A DNA stretch of 64,000 nucleotides from a virus (IMGVR_UViG_3300028115_001726:8671-72670), one strand, 5' to 3'. Positions 49,907-60,361 are shown, numbered from the stretch's first letter. A program made the numbers and translations. The notes: generated from the letters alone by a model not told the origin.

Positions 49907-50925
49907 ATCTTTATCAGTTTGATACAATTAAAAAAATAGAAATAGATTGTACAAGTTATTGTAATGCTTATTGCGGAGCATGTGATAGAAACATCGACGG
50001 CGGCGAAAATCATCCTAATCTAAAACTAAATCATATCAGTGTTGAAGATTGGCGTAGTTTTATCACCAAAGACAATTTACAAAATGTTCAAGAAATTATT
50101 TTCAATGGTAATTTTGGTGACTTCAGTATGAATCCAAATTTTATTGAAATGATAGAAATATTAGCTGAAGTCAAAACAGATGTATATTTGAATTTGAATA
50201 CCAACGGCGGCGCACGTAATACAAAATTTTGGCATGACCTTGCTGTGGTATTACAACGGTTTGCTAAACATGATATAAAATGGGGTATTGACGGACTTAA
50301 ACATAATCATGATGTGTATAGGCGTGGCATTGACTGGAAAAAACGCATAGACAACCTACGTGCGTTTAACAATGCTGGCGGCAACAGTATATGGAAGTGT
50401 ATTGTATTTGATTACAACAAAAATGACATAGATGCTATTAGCAATTTTGCCGAATCTGTAGGTTGTATGGCCTTTCAAACCAATCGCAATCGATCAGAGG
50501 TTGACATGAAAGCCTACAAAGATTTTCCACAGCAAAAGTTATCTGGCCCTGATACAAAAACATTCAGTGAAAAATATGCTAGACGTGATACATTCCGTTC
50601 TCATGTAGCAACACCTCCGACTAATGCTGTACAACCTGTAGGAAGTTTTGCTTGTCCTTATGCTGAGGAAGGCATGCTACAAATCGATCCTTGGGGCAAT
50701 ATTTGGCCATGCTGTTATATCAGTGGTAGACAACTTGATCTAAGAACAAACTTTAATTATTCAAAGTATAAAAACAATCATATAAGAAATGCCAACTTGC
50801 GTACATTAACACAAGAATTTGCCAATGATTTACATTTAGCATGGCAGCGTGAAAGCATAGATATATGTAATCGTTGCGGCGGCAAAGAAAAACCTGCTCC
50901 AATATATAACACGGTGATATCATGA
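49903..50925 (+). CDS. Radical SAM enzyme, class C
   Basis: CNAYCGAC, NGNFGDF; C-terminal C...PCC...CNRC. Confidence 0.85.
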   Translation: MNLYQFDTIKKIEIDCTSYCNAYCGACDRNIDGGENHPNLKLNHISVEDWRSFITKDNLQNVQEIIFNGNFGDFSMNPNFIEMIEILAEVKTDVYLNLNTNGGARNTKFWHDLAVVLQRFAKHDIKWGIDGLKHNHDVYRRGIDWKKRIDNLRAFNNAGGNSIWKCIVFDYNKNDIDAISNFAESVGCMAFQTNRNRSEVDMKAYKDFPQQKLSGPDTKTFSEKYARRDTFRSHVATPPTNAVQPVGSFACPYAEEGMLQIDPWGNIWPCCYISGRQLDLRTNFNYSKYKNNHIRNANLRTLTQEFANDLHLAWQRESIDICNRCGGKEKPAPIYNTVIS

Positions 50926-51944
50926 AAATTGCTGTAGTGTTAAGAGGTCAAGCTAGATGTGCTAAACTAGGATCAGACTTATTTCAACGCTTTGTTGTTG
51001 ACGAAAATCCGCAACACCAATTTGATGTTTTTATTCATACCACAAACACAGAAACGATATGCGATGCTACAGATGCAAAGAACAGGCCACAAAATCTATA
51101 TGATGTTGAAATTCAAGATTTAAATTACATACATGAAAATTATTTAAAATATTGGAAGCCAAAAAAATATATTATTGAGGGAACTAGTAAATTTTTGAAT
51201 ACTGTTAATAATATAATAAAAGAAAATGCCAAAGACAAAACTTTTAAAAATATTTTAAATATTGATACACATGCTCCTAATCTTCTATATGGCGGATCTT
51301 CAAAAAAATTTGATTATAAACGTAGATTACATGCATTACATTTTATGTCACAGCACTGGGGAGCAGCAAGAGGTTATAGTTTAATAGACAGCGAATATGA
51401 TTTAATTTTACAAACAAGACCAGATTGTTTATTTTATTTTCAGTCTGGTGATTTACAAAGATGTTTAGATATTATAAATTATAGTGCTAACGATTTAGAA
51501 AATATTAGTACACAAGTTATGTCTCATATATTAAGTGTAAGATTTAGTAAGCCGTTGATAGCAGATTATCTGTATGTTCATAAACAAAATATTATATCAC
51601 AATGGTTTCCTGATGTTGAAAAAACTTTTTTTGATTTGTTTACAAAAGATAAACTTGCTTTATACGACTTAATAGGCGACAATCAAATTAAATTTCAAAA
51701 TTTATTGTTTTTAAAGTTTGGAAAAAAGTTGGAATTTATAAACAATCACAATTGTTGGAACGCAGAAATTATAAGACCAAGTGTTGAAATTAATAAAACA
51801 GACGATATTGGTACAGTGTTTGATAAATGTAGAGTAAAACAACAAAACTTTCGAAAAGATAGAACCTCAATAGAAGTAGATCTTGAGCCAATATATCAAA
51901 AACTACTGAATAACGATTTGTGGCTAGAGGGCAGTTATGAATAA
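50922..51944 (+). CDS. Putative glycosyltransferase-like protein (KIAxxLxGQxR family)
   Basis: MKIAVVLRGQAR, FDVFIHT, YDLILQTRPD pattern of a viral GT-A-like family. Confidence 0.45.
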   Translation: MKIAVVLRGQARCAKLGSDLFQRFVVDENPQHQFDVFIHTTNTETICDATDAKNRPQNLYDVEIQDLNYIHENYLKYWKPKKYIIEGTSKFLNTVNNIIKENAKDKTFKNILNIDTHAPNLLYGGSSKKFDYKRRLHALHFMSQHWGAARGYSLIDSEYDLILQTRPDCLFYFQSGDLQRCLDIINYSANDLENISTQVMSHILSVRFSKPLIADYLYVHKQNIISQWFPDVEKTFFDLFTKDKLALYDLIGDNQIKFQNLLFLKFGKKLEFINNHNCWNAEIIRPSVEINKTDDIGTVFDKCRVKQQNFRKDRTSIEVDLEPIYQKLLNNDLWLEGSYE

Positions 51945-53064
51945 ATTTTGTACACTGACCAACAACGGCTTTAATATAGACACCACAGGCAGAGTAGGAC
52001 ATTGCTGTATACAAAAGCGTGACATAAGGGTAGACTGGAACACAGTTGACGATATGAATGCTTGGTACAAATCAAATTCATGGCTGAACACTGTACGCAA
52101 AGATTTAGAATCAAGCATAGAAAACACAGCATGTGAAAGTTGCTGGCACAACGAACGCAACGGCAGAGAAAGCAAACGCCACAGAGTTAATCAACAGTAC
52201 GGCAGCACTGATCAAAGCATAAGACACTTGGATCTAAGACTCAGCAACAAGTGTAATTTACAGTGTAAAATGTGTAGCGGAGGTTTCAGTGACCAAATAG
52301 CAAACCTAGCACTGGAACTAAAAGCCAATGGTGTGGACAATGACTTACTTCGTAGCATACCCAGCACCGTGGACACAGATGTAGGACGCTTGCTGGATTT
52401 AGTGCTGGATTTACCAGACTTACAAACGCTGAGATTTGCTGGCGGTGAGCCTTTTATCATGCCGGAAGTAGAAGAATTTTTGTACAAGTTGGTAGAGCGA
52501 GGCAAAACTGATCTTGAAATAGAATTCATAACCAACTGTACCAGTGCCAAAACTCGCATATTACAAACATTAGAAAAGTTTCGGCATGTAGAGCTAATGT
52601 GTAGTATTGACGCTGTAGGAGCAGCATTGGAGTATCAGCGGTACCCTGCTCGTTGGCAAACCATTGAACGCAATTTTGTTAGAATGTACAACAGCCGTTG
52701 TATGGTAGGACTTACACCTGCTGTGAGTATGCTTACATATCACAACATGCCAGAGTTTTTTGCTTGGGCTAATCAGTTTCCCCAAGCAAGAGTAAGTTAT
52801 AATGAAGTTGACTATCCTAGTTTCTTGGACTTTAGATTGATTCCGCTAGATGCTAGAACAGAATTTTACAAACAATTTGCTGCTGTAGAATTTATTGATG
52901 TGAATACTAATTGGAGAACATTCCAGACTAAAACCATGTACGAACACAGACAAATAAGTACAACTGAACGCAGTCTACTACAACATTACAGCAAGGACAT
53001 TTGGGACTATAGATGTAATGTAGAGTTTTTAGCAGCATATCCATGGGCAGAAGAATTATTATGA
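51937..53064 (+). CDS. Radical SAM enzyme, class A
   Basis: CNLQCKMC, AGGEPF; N-terminal FC...HCC...CESC. Confidence 0.9.
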   Translation: MNKFCTLTNNGFNIDTTGRVGHCCIQKRDIRVDWNTVDDMNAWYKSNSWLNTVRKDLESSIENTACESCWHNERNGRESKRHRVNQQYGSTDQSIRHLDLRLSNKCNLQCKMCSGGFSDQIANLALELKANGVDNDLLRSIPSTVDTDVGRLLDLVLDLPDLQTLRFAGGEPFIMPEVEEFLYKLVERGKTDLEIEFITNCTSAKTRILQTLEKFRHVELMCSIDAVGAALEYQRYPARWQTIERNFVRMYNSRCMVGLTPAVSMLTYHNMPEFFAWANQFPQARVSYNEVDYPSFLDFRLIPLDARTEFYKQFAAVEFIDVNTNWRTFQTKTMYEHRQISTTERSLLQHYSKDIWDYRCNVEFLAAYPWAEELL

Positions 53065-53744
53065 ACACACTTGCTATACTACCTATAAAAGGAAACAGCG
53101 AAAGAGTGCCACGCAAGAATCTGCGTCCAGTGGGAAAGTATCTTTATGGAATTACCGAAATAAAAATAGAACAATTACAAAAAAGTCAACACATCTCAGA
53201 AATATTTGTTAGTAGTGAAAGTAACGAAGTTTTAGATATAGTTTCAAAACTTCCTGGAGATAAAAAAGTACATTTACACAAAAGAGATACACAGTATGCC
53301 GGTACTTGTCCGGGAGATGTGTGGGTAAAACATCTGTCTCAACAAGTAACAAACATACCAGCAGATAACATAGCAATGGTTTTTGCTACAGCACCGTTCT
53401 TTACTGAACATGACATTGACGACTTGTTAGAATTTTACGCTGACTCTGAATACGATAGTGTAGCGACAGCAAATGAAATTAAAAATTTTTTATGGAAAGA
53501 TGGAGAGCCATTGAATTACGATCCTAATGCTGTAGGATATTGGCCGTTGACACAAACACTAGAATCTGTGTACGAAATAAATTCAGCAGTGTTTGTAAGT
53601 CGGCACAAAGATTTTGTACAAACTGGAAATAGACTACCGGGTAAAATAGGATTCTACAAATCATCATGGATGGCAAGTTTGGACATTGATTATCCTGACG
53701 ATTGGAAAAGATTTGAATTATTATGGCAAACTTATACAAAATAA
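53061..53744 (+). CDS. Acylneuraminate / nonulosonate cytidylyltransferase (NeuA/KdsB-like)
   Basis: LAILPIKGNSERVPRKN, YEINSAVF, SLDIDYPDD; start at ATG 53061 (ATGA overlap). Confidence 0.85.
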   Translation: MNTLAILPIKGNSERVPRKNLRPVGKYLYGITEIKIEQLQKSQHISEIFVSSESNEVLDIVSKLPGDKKVHLHKRDTQYAGTCPGDVWVKHLSQQVTNIPADNIAMVFATAPFFTEHDIDDLLEFYADSEYDSVATANEIKNFLWKDGEPLNYDPNAVGYWPLTQTLESVYEINSAVFVSRHKDFVQTGNRLPGKIGFYKSSWMASLDIDYPDDWKRFELLWQTYTK

Positions 53745-54670
53745 AAACAAGAAACAACATACTGGTAGTAGACTGGATACTCAGCAATGTGTGTAATTTC
53801 AAATGTACATACTGTACACCGGACAGCAATGGTGGCGATTTGTATTGGCCTGATATTGAACAGTGTGAAACTGTAGTACGGCGTATCACAGAACAAAGCA
53901 CACATGATCATAGAATATATACTATACTAGGCGGCGAGCCTACAGTGTGGAAGAACTTTACAAAGCTCAGTGAAATCATTAAGTCAGTTGATCCTGATAG
54001 TGTAGTAAACATTCTAACCAACGGCAGTAGAACAATCAAATGGTGGAACAGAACCAAGCCATACTTGGATAAAGTAAGCATTAGCTATCACCATCAAGAA
54101 GCTGATGTAGATCACACCATTGAAGTTGTGAATACAATACAACAGGATTGTCAAACCAACATTCAAATGCTAATGGATATCAATGCGTGGGACAAGTGTG
54201 TTGGTATATACGAAAAACTGCGAGACAACACTGTGGTGCCCATACAGATAAAAAAGCTACAAATTGAATTTGGACAGCGAGACTGGATGCCCTACACTGA
54301 TGAGCAAAGACAGTGGATGGCTGAAGCACATCGCAGCACTGCTAATAGGCCCAGCACAAAACGCAACAAAACCAGTTTAGGCATCAACTGTTATTATGAC
54401 GACGGTTCTATTACACAAGAAAACAATCATGATTTAATACAAGCAGGTAAAAACCGTTTCGAAGGATGGGCATGTAATATTGGCAGAGATTTAGTAGTTA
54501 TAAAAGCAAACGGTGATGTTGTTCCTGCTAATGCTTGTAACAATAAGGTAAGTATGGGCAATATAAAAACATCACCAGAAAAAGTAAATCTTTTAAATGA
54601 ACCAATTATTTGTGCTTACAAAGAATGTACTTGTGGAAGTGATATTGAGATTGACAAATGCACTATTTAG
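53723..54670 (+). CDS. Radical SAM enzyme, class B
   Basis: CNFKCTYC, LGGEPT; FEGWAC...NAC...CAYKECTC. Confidence 0.9.
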   Translation: MANLYKIKTRNNILVVDWILSNVCNFKCTYCTPDSNGGDLYWPDIEQCETVVRRITEQSTHDHRIYTILGGEPTVWKNFTKLSEIIKSVDPDSVVNILTNGSRTIKWWNRTKPYLDKVSISYHHQEADVDHTIEVVNTIQQDCQTNIQMLMDINAWDKCVGIYEKLRDNTVVPIQIKKLQIEFGQRDWMPYTDEQRQWMAEAHRSTANRPSTKRNKTSLGINCYYDDGSITQENNHDLIQAGKNRFEGWACNIGRDLVVIKANGDVVPANACNNKVSMGNIKTSPEKVNLLNEPIICAYKECTCGSDIEIDKCTI

Positions 54671-55755
54671 ATAAACCAAAAGTATTACAATTTGAAATTA
54701 GTAGTAATTGTAATGCCAATTGTATTGGGTGTAGTCGTGCTGATCCACTTGATGAACTAAAACTAAATCCTGTTATTAAAAAAAACATTTTTTTACACAT
54801 TGATATTTTCAAAAAAATTGTTGATGCTGATTTTTTCAAAGATATAGAAGAAATACAGTTTTGTGGTAGTATTGACGATCCGCCTATGCATCCTGACTTT
54901 CTTGACATGCTACGTCACATAGTGTATAATACTGATAAGAGTATAGTTATACACACAAACGGTAGTTTGCGTAAACCAGAGTACTGGGCCGAAATGGCAA
55001 CAATACTACAAGGCAGTAGGTATACATTGAACTTCAGTGTTGATGGTTTAAAGGACACTAACCCAATATATCGTAGAGGAACAGACTTTGACAAGATTAT
55101 GGAAAACGCAAAAGCGTTTGTCAAAGCCGGAGGCCGTCCACAATGGCAGTGGGTTGTTTTTCCTTGGAATGAGCATCAAATTGAAGAAGCCAAAGATCTT
55201 GCTAAACAAATTGGATTCACAAGATTCAAAGAACGCCCTGATACCTGCTTGGACAATAGAGAGCTAGATAAGTTATATGAAAGAACAGAATTAGAAAAGA
55301 AACGGTCACAATGGAATTGGGATAGATATGTCCACAGTATGAGCGATGAAAAATATCACAATGGAGACATCTATTGTAAAACCTCAAATGACGAAAAAGC
55401 ATATTTTGTAGCCCACACAGGAGAAATTTTTCCTTGCTGTTTCTTATACAATGTACGCTATCAAGTTGTACATTTTCCAGAGCATACAGCTAGGTATGAA
55501 AATGCTTATGGTAAAAATTGGAATAACGCATATTATAATGAAATAAATGATATTGTAAATGGAAAATTTTTCTCTAATGATTTGACATCAAGCTGGACAA
55601 ATAGAAACCATGGAGGCAACTTGCCCACAGACTGTAATCCTATTTGTACAAATACATGTATAAAAAGTAGACGTCAGCGTTGGGAAAACAAACACATATC
55701 TACAAACTTAAATACTAACACAGTAAAGATGACAAAAAATAGGTATGTAGAATGA
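54658..55755 (+). CDS. Radical SAM enzyme, class C
   Basis: CNANCIGC, CGSIDDP; C-terminal C...PCC...CTNTC. Confidence 0.85.
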   Translation: MHYLDKPKVLQFEISSNCNANCIGCSRADPLDELKLNPVIKKNIFLHIDIFKKIVDADFFKDIEEIQFCGSIDDPPMHPDFLDMLRHIVYNTDKSIVIHTNGSLRKPEYWAEMATILQGSRYTLNFSVDGLKDTNPIYRRGTDFDKIMENAKAFVKAGGRPQWQWVVFPWNEHQIEEAKDLAKQIGFTRFKERPDTCLDNRELDKLYERTELEKKRSQWNWDRYVHSMSDEKYHNGDIYCKTSNDEKAYFVAHTGEIFPCCFLYNVRYQVVHFPEHTARYENAYGKNWNNAYYNEINDIVNGKFFSNDLTSSWTNRNHGGNLPTDCNPICTNTCIKSRRQRWENKHISTNLNTNTVKMTKNRYVE

Positions 55756-56876
55756 TAAAAAAAACGTATACAATTCCTCCGGTATCTCAAGGGTGTCCAG
55801 TACTAGATTATGAAGTCAACGTAGAAGTAGATGGTACTTTTTATGGTTGTTGTTGGACAACTGATTATAGATTTAAAAGTATAAAAAAATTGAGACGTTG
55901 GCAAGCAGAGCAAAAAAAAATTTTTACCCAAAATCTTTGGCCTGAAGCTTGTAAAATTTGTATGACAAAAGAAAGAAATACAAATTTTAGTTTACGTGTA
56001 GAACAGATAAAGGAGAACTATCCTGGCTATAATCCTTTAATATCTCAACCTAACATATTACAAAGCCAAGTAAGTTTAAAAAATTTGTGTAATCTTGCTT
56101 GTATTATTTGTACACCTACAAGTAGTTCAGGCATTTATGATTTATCTAAAAATTTTAATTTTCTTCCTACGAATTGGACATCAAAAGATCCAAAGTGGAT
56201 AGACTCAAAAGAAACAATGGCAAAGTTTACTCGTCAAGCAAAATCATTGCAAAGATTAACTTTATTAGGAGGCGAGCCATTTATGATTAAAGAATATATA
56301 CCATTTCTTAAGGAGCTTCCTGATACTGTAAAAATATTAATAGTAACAAATGCTAGTTTATACAAACAAGAATTTGTAAATGAATTAAAAAGATTTAAAA
56401 CGGTTAATTGGTGTTATAGTGTAGACGGGTTTGGAGAAATTAATGATGCTGTAAGGCTTAATAGTAATTGGACAAATATAGAAAAAAATATTAAACAACT
56501 AAAAAAAGACTTTCCAGATTCTTTTCATAACCTTACTCCTACGTGGAGTAATTTTACTTTGCCGCATTGGAAAAAATTATACAAATTTGCTAAGGATAAT
56601 AACATGTGGTATGGACCAGAAGCATTTTTCCAACAAGTTATTCAGCATCCGGAACATTTACGTCCAACATATTTAAGTGATAACACAAAAGAACAAATAT
56701 TAAATTCACTGAAAAAATTTAGATGGCACATTTATATTCAAAGATATCTATCAGAGCCAAAAATTATGGATAAACACAGTATAGAAAAACAACATCAAAC
56801 CTTAAAGGACATTGCGATGTTCAAAGGTATTAATTACGAAAAACTATTTCCACACATTTATCAGGATTGTACATGA
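55752..56876 (+). CDS. Radical SAM enzyme, class A
   Basis: CNLACIIC, LGGEPF; N-terminal GC...GCC...CKIC. Confidence 0.9.
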   Translation: MIKKTYTIPPVSQGCPVLDYEVNVEVDGTFYGCCWTTDYRFKSIKKLRRWQAEQKKIFTQNLWPEACKICMTKERNTNFSLRVEQIKENYPGYNPLISQPNILQSQVSLKNLCNLACIICTPTSSSGIYDLSKNFNFLPTNWTSKDPKWIDSKETMAKFTRQAKSLQRLTLLGGEPFMIKEYIPFLKELPDTVKILIVTNASLYKQEFVNELKRFKTVNWCYSVDGFGEINDAVRLNSNWTNIEKNIKQLKKDFPDSFHNLTPTWSNFTLPHWKKLYKFAKDNNMWYGPEAFFQQVIQHPEHLRPTYLSDNTKEQILNSLKKFRWHIYIQRYLSEPKIMDKHSIEKQHQTLKDIAMFKGINYEKLFPHIYQDCT

Positions 56877-58285
56877 CAGACAACACAAAATTTCCTTCAG
56901 ATACATTTTGCCTATTACCTTGGGTACATTTAAGCACAAGACCAGACGGTAGTATGCGAGTATGCTGTACAGCAAACGCAAGTAGTGTAGGACCTACAAA
57001 CGAAAAAGAACACGGTGGACAAGTTGGTATTCTCAAAACAGACGACGGCAAGCCTAATAATCTTAATGTAAGTGATTTTGAAACTGCTTGGAATAGTAAT
57101 TATATGAAGAATGTTCGTAAGCAAATGCTTAACGGCGAGCAACCTCCTAGTTGTCTAAAGTGCTACAAAGAAGAAGCAGCAGGACATAGAAGCAAGCGTA
57201 TGTGGGAAACCAATTATTGGAGTAAACGTGTTGATCTCGAAAAAATATTAGAAGAAACTAATGAGGATGGTAGTGTGCCTCCTAACTTAGCATACATTGA
57301 TTTAAGATTTGGCACTAAATGTCAACTTGCCTGTGTAATGTGTTCTCCACATGATAGTTCAGGATGGATCAAAGATTATAAAAAGATTTTTCCTGCTGTA
57401 AAAAATGAAAGTCTTAAAGAAATCATGCAATGGGACAACAAAGGCAGCACCAACGGTAGTAGTTATAATTGGCATAAACAAAATCCTATATTTTGGAAAC
57501 AGTTTTACGAACAAATGCCAACAATGCAGCAAATTTACTTTGCTGGAGGCGAAAGTCTTATCATTGAAGAACACTACGAAATTCTCGAAGAAGCAATACG
57601 ACAAGGACTTGCTCCACAGTTAGAATTGAGATATAACTCCAACGGTGTAGAATGGCGTGAAGATTTGTTTGAGCTGTGGAGTCATTTCAAACTTGTGAGG
57701 TTCCATTACAGCATTGACAGCATCAAAGAAATGAATGACTACATTCGTTATCCTAGCAAATGGAAAAGACAAGAAGAAGTGTTCCATATTCTTGATACAC
57801 AAACCACAGACAATGTTGAAGTTACTATAGCAGCAGCAATACAAGCACTTAATGTGTATTACCTGCCAGACTTTATTCAATGGAAACTAGAACAGGGCTT
57901 TCGCAAAATCAACATGTGGCCATTTGGCGCAGGCGGTATCAGTCAGCACTTTGTATACTGGCCAGCGCACTTGAATGTAAAAGTGTTGCCCAAAGAATTC
58001 AAGGAAAAATGTAGAGCTAAATACGAAGCATGGTACCCTTGGTGGGAAGAAAATTGGGAATTGGGTATACCTAGTTGGCACAAAGGCAAAGTTGATTATG
58101 AACAATGGCGCAGTGCTGAATATGGTATTAAAAGATTAGATGGTATTCTCAGTTTTATGGAAAGCGAAGATTGGAGCCAGCGTTTGCCGGAAATGAAAGA
58201 GTTTTTGAGTTTGTGTGATCAACAACGAGGAATAACTTTTGCTGAAACATTTCCAGAAATGAAAGAAATATTTGATAATGCTTGA
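56873..58285 (+). CDS. Radical SAM enzyme, class A (close paralog of 31382..32761)
   Basis: CQLACVMC, AGGES; N-terminal FCLLPW...VCC...CLKC; start at ATG 56873 (ATGA overlap). Confidence 0.9.
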   Translation: MTDNTKFPSDTFCLLPWVHLSTRPDGSMRVCCTANASSVGPTNEKEHGGQVGILKTDDGKPNNLNVSDFETAWNSNYMKNVRKQMLNGEQPPSCLKCYKEEAAGHRSKRMWETNYWSKRVDLEKILEETNEDGSVPPNLAYIDLRFGTKCQLACVMCSPHDSSGWIKDYKKIFPAVKNESLKEIMQWDNKGSTNGSSYNWHKQNPIFWKQFYEQMPTMQQIYFAGGESLIIEEHYEILEEAIRQGLAPQLELRYNSNGVEWREDLFELWSHFKLVRFHYSIDSIKEMNDYIRYPSKWKRQEEVFHILDTQTTDNVEVTIAAAIQALNVYYLPDFIQWKLEQGFRKINMWPFGAGGISQHFVYWPAHLNVKVLPKEFKEKCRAKYEAWYPWWEENWELGIPSWHKGKVDYEQWRSAEYGIKRLDGILSFMESEDWSQRLPEMKEFLSLCDQQRGITFAETFPEMKEIFDNA

Positions 58286-59729
58286 CATGCTGCTTTGTAT
58301 TATACCTAAGATTAATCCAGATGCTCCTACGGTTGGACCAGCTGTGTTAAAAGCCACATTGGAAAAGTCAGGGTATAGTTGTAAAGTATTAGATCTCAAC
58401 ATTAGATTGTTTAGAGAATTTGAAAAGCATGGAGATAAACAATATTTCTTTGAAAATGATCGTGTGTTCAAAAAAGACATTGACGACAACGATTTTTTTA
58501 GAGACGAAATACTAACCAAGTATGAATATGTAATTGACCAATGGATGGAGGAGTTCAAACTGCTTAACCCTAAGTTTATTGGTATGAGCATGTTGAGCAG
58601 TTATAGTAGAGCTATAGCTACAATACTTAGTTATAGACTTAGGCACGAAATGCCTGACACGAAAATCGTTTGGGGCGGCGCCGAGGTTACTCACAGAACT
58701 AAACAATATCTTGACAATGGTATGATTGATTTCTATGTTTGGGGTGATGGTGAACAAGCAATACTGGATCTCATGGCAGGCAACTACGATGCTCCTGGTA
58801 TCAACAAAGATGCTACACAACTTGAAGATTTAAACACAGTGGAAATACCAAATTATGACGACATTGATTGGAGTCAGTATCACGAATTAAAGTTCAAAAA
58901 GCCTGTGTATGTGACTGGCAGCAGAGGCTGTGTAAAACGCTGTACATTCTGTAATGTTTACGAAATATGGCCCAAGTACACGTTCCGTTCAGGCGAAAGC
59001 ATTGCTAAAGAAATTATAACTGTTAGAGAAAAATATGACAGAGAAACATTTAGGTTTACTGACAGTTTGATTAATGGCAGTATGAAAGCATTTAAAACAC
59101 TGCTAGAAGGACTCAGTGAATATCGTAAAACATACAACGATGATTTTACTTGGGTAAGCCAATGGATTATACGCAGCAAAAGACAGTTTCCAGAAGAATG
59201 GTATCGAATGATGAAAGAAGCTGGCTGCGAAGAAGTTGAAATTGGCATGGAAAGTTTTGTACAAAAAATACGCTATGACATGAAGAAAAAATTCACAGAC
59301 GAAGACATGTGGTTCTGTCTAGAGATGTTACAAAAGTACAAGATACCTAGTACACTTATGATGATTGTAGGATGGCCTACTGAAACTGAAGAAGATCATC
59401 AGCAAACTCTAGACACTGTAAGAAAAATTTATGATCTTGGTTGGGCAACCAGTAAAGCAGATGACGGTAAAACACCTCTTATATGGTTTAGCTTTGCTAA
59501 TACATTAATGTTAGATGAAACACAACCGTTATGGCAAGAAATCAAAGATGACTTGGATTATTACAATGACGAAGTTGATTGGAGTTATAAAGGCAACGAT
59601 CTAGAAACTCGTAACAGAAGATTTAAAGAAGTAAACGACTTGATTAAAGAACTAACAGGACAGAAAAAGTCTTGGATGTTTATGAAAAAAGAAGCCGAAA
59701 TACAAAATAAACTTACGGAAGTAGCATGA
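58278..59729 (+). CDS. Cobalamin (B12)-binding radical SAM enzyme, putative methyltransferase
   Basis: N-terminal B12-domain motifs FIGMSM, VWGGAEVT, VWGDGE; then GSRGCVKRCTFC, IGMES, IVGWPTET. Confidence 0.85.
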   Translation: MLDMLLCIIPKINPDAPTVGPAVLKATLEKSGYSCKVLDLNIRLFREFEKHGDKQYFFENDRVFKKDIDDNDFFRDEILTKYEYVIDQWMEEFKLLNPKFIGMSMLSSYSRAIATILSYRLRHEMPDTKIVWGGAEVTHRTKQYLDNGMIDFYVWGDGEQAILDLMAGNYDAPGINKDATQLEDLNTVEIPNYDDIDWSQYHELKFKKPVYVTGSRGCVKRCTFCNVYEIWPKYTFRSGESIAKEIITVREKYDRETFRFTDSLINGSMKAFKTLLEGLSEYRKTYNDDFTWVSQWIIRSKRQFPEEWYRMMKEAGCEEVEIGMESFVQKIRYDMKKKFTDEDMWFCLEMLQKYKIPSTLMMIVGWPTETEEDHQQTLDTVRKIYDLGWATSKADDGKTPLIWFSFANTLMLDETQPLWQEIKDDLDYYNDEVDWSYKGNDLETRNRRFKEVNDLIKELTGQKKSWMFMKKEAEIQNKLTEVA

Positions 59730-60361
59730 AAATAGCAACTTTTGGCTGTAGCTGGTCACAAGGAATTGGCCCAGTAGATAATGCTTATTGTTGGCCTAAA
59801 GCACTAGCAGATGCTAATCCAAGCTGGCAGGTTGATAATTGGGCATTAGCAGGAAGTAGTTTAAGTTTTCAAGCATACCTAATGGACGATGTGTGTAGAC
59901 ATGATTCATATGATAAAATAATTTTTCAAATTACATCACCTCATAGATTAACATACTTTAATGACCAATTAAATTATGGAAAATATCTAAAGCAATATGT
60001 TAATTATAGAGAATTAGATCGTAGTGGAGACATATATAGAAATTTTATTTGTATCACTCCTGGACATCTAAATCTTTCTAAAAAAGACAGTTTCTGGAAG
60101 TATCCAGATAAGCACGATTTTGCCAGTTTGTACTATAAGTACATTAATAAAAATATTCACAGAACTGAGTATAAAGCAGTTGTTGAATATGTAAAAAACA
60201 AAACTGACTTTGTATACTTCCATAACGAAGACGTATGTAAAATTGGCGGTGTGCCTGTACTAATGGATATAGTTGGTGATAAGTTTGTTGCTGATGAAGG
60301 CCAGCACTTTAACAAACAAGGCAGTCAGTGGACAGCAGATTGGATATTGGATAATATATGA
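59726..60361 (+). CDS. SGNH-like protein (GCS variant)
   Basis: KIATFGCSWSQG, NWALAGSS, DEGQHF. Confidence 0.65.
   Translation: MKIATFGCSWSQGIGPVDNAYCWPKALADANPSWQVDNWALAGSSLSFQAYLMDDVCRHDSYDKIIFQITSPHRLTYFNDQLNYGKYLKQYVNYRELDRSGDIYRNFICITPGHLNLSKKDSFWKYPDKHDFASLYYKYINKNIHRTEYKAVVEYVKNKTDFVYFHNEDVCKIGGVPVLMDIVGDKFVADEGQHFNKQGSQWTADWILDNI

Noticed and set aside
21524-54670. Calling class B rSAMs viperin or MoaA
   Set aside because: Similarity is limited to the generic CNxxCxYC and GGEP motifs; the Cys-rich tail does not match MoaA's Cx2Cx13C or viperin as I recall them.
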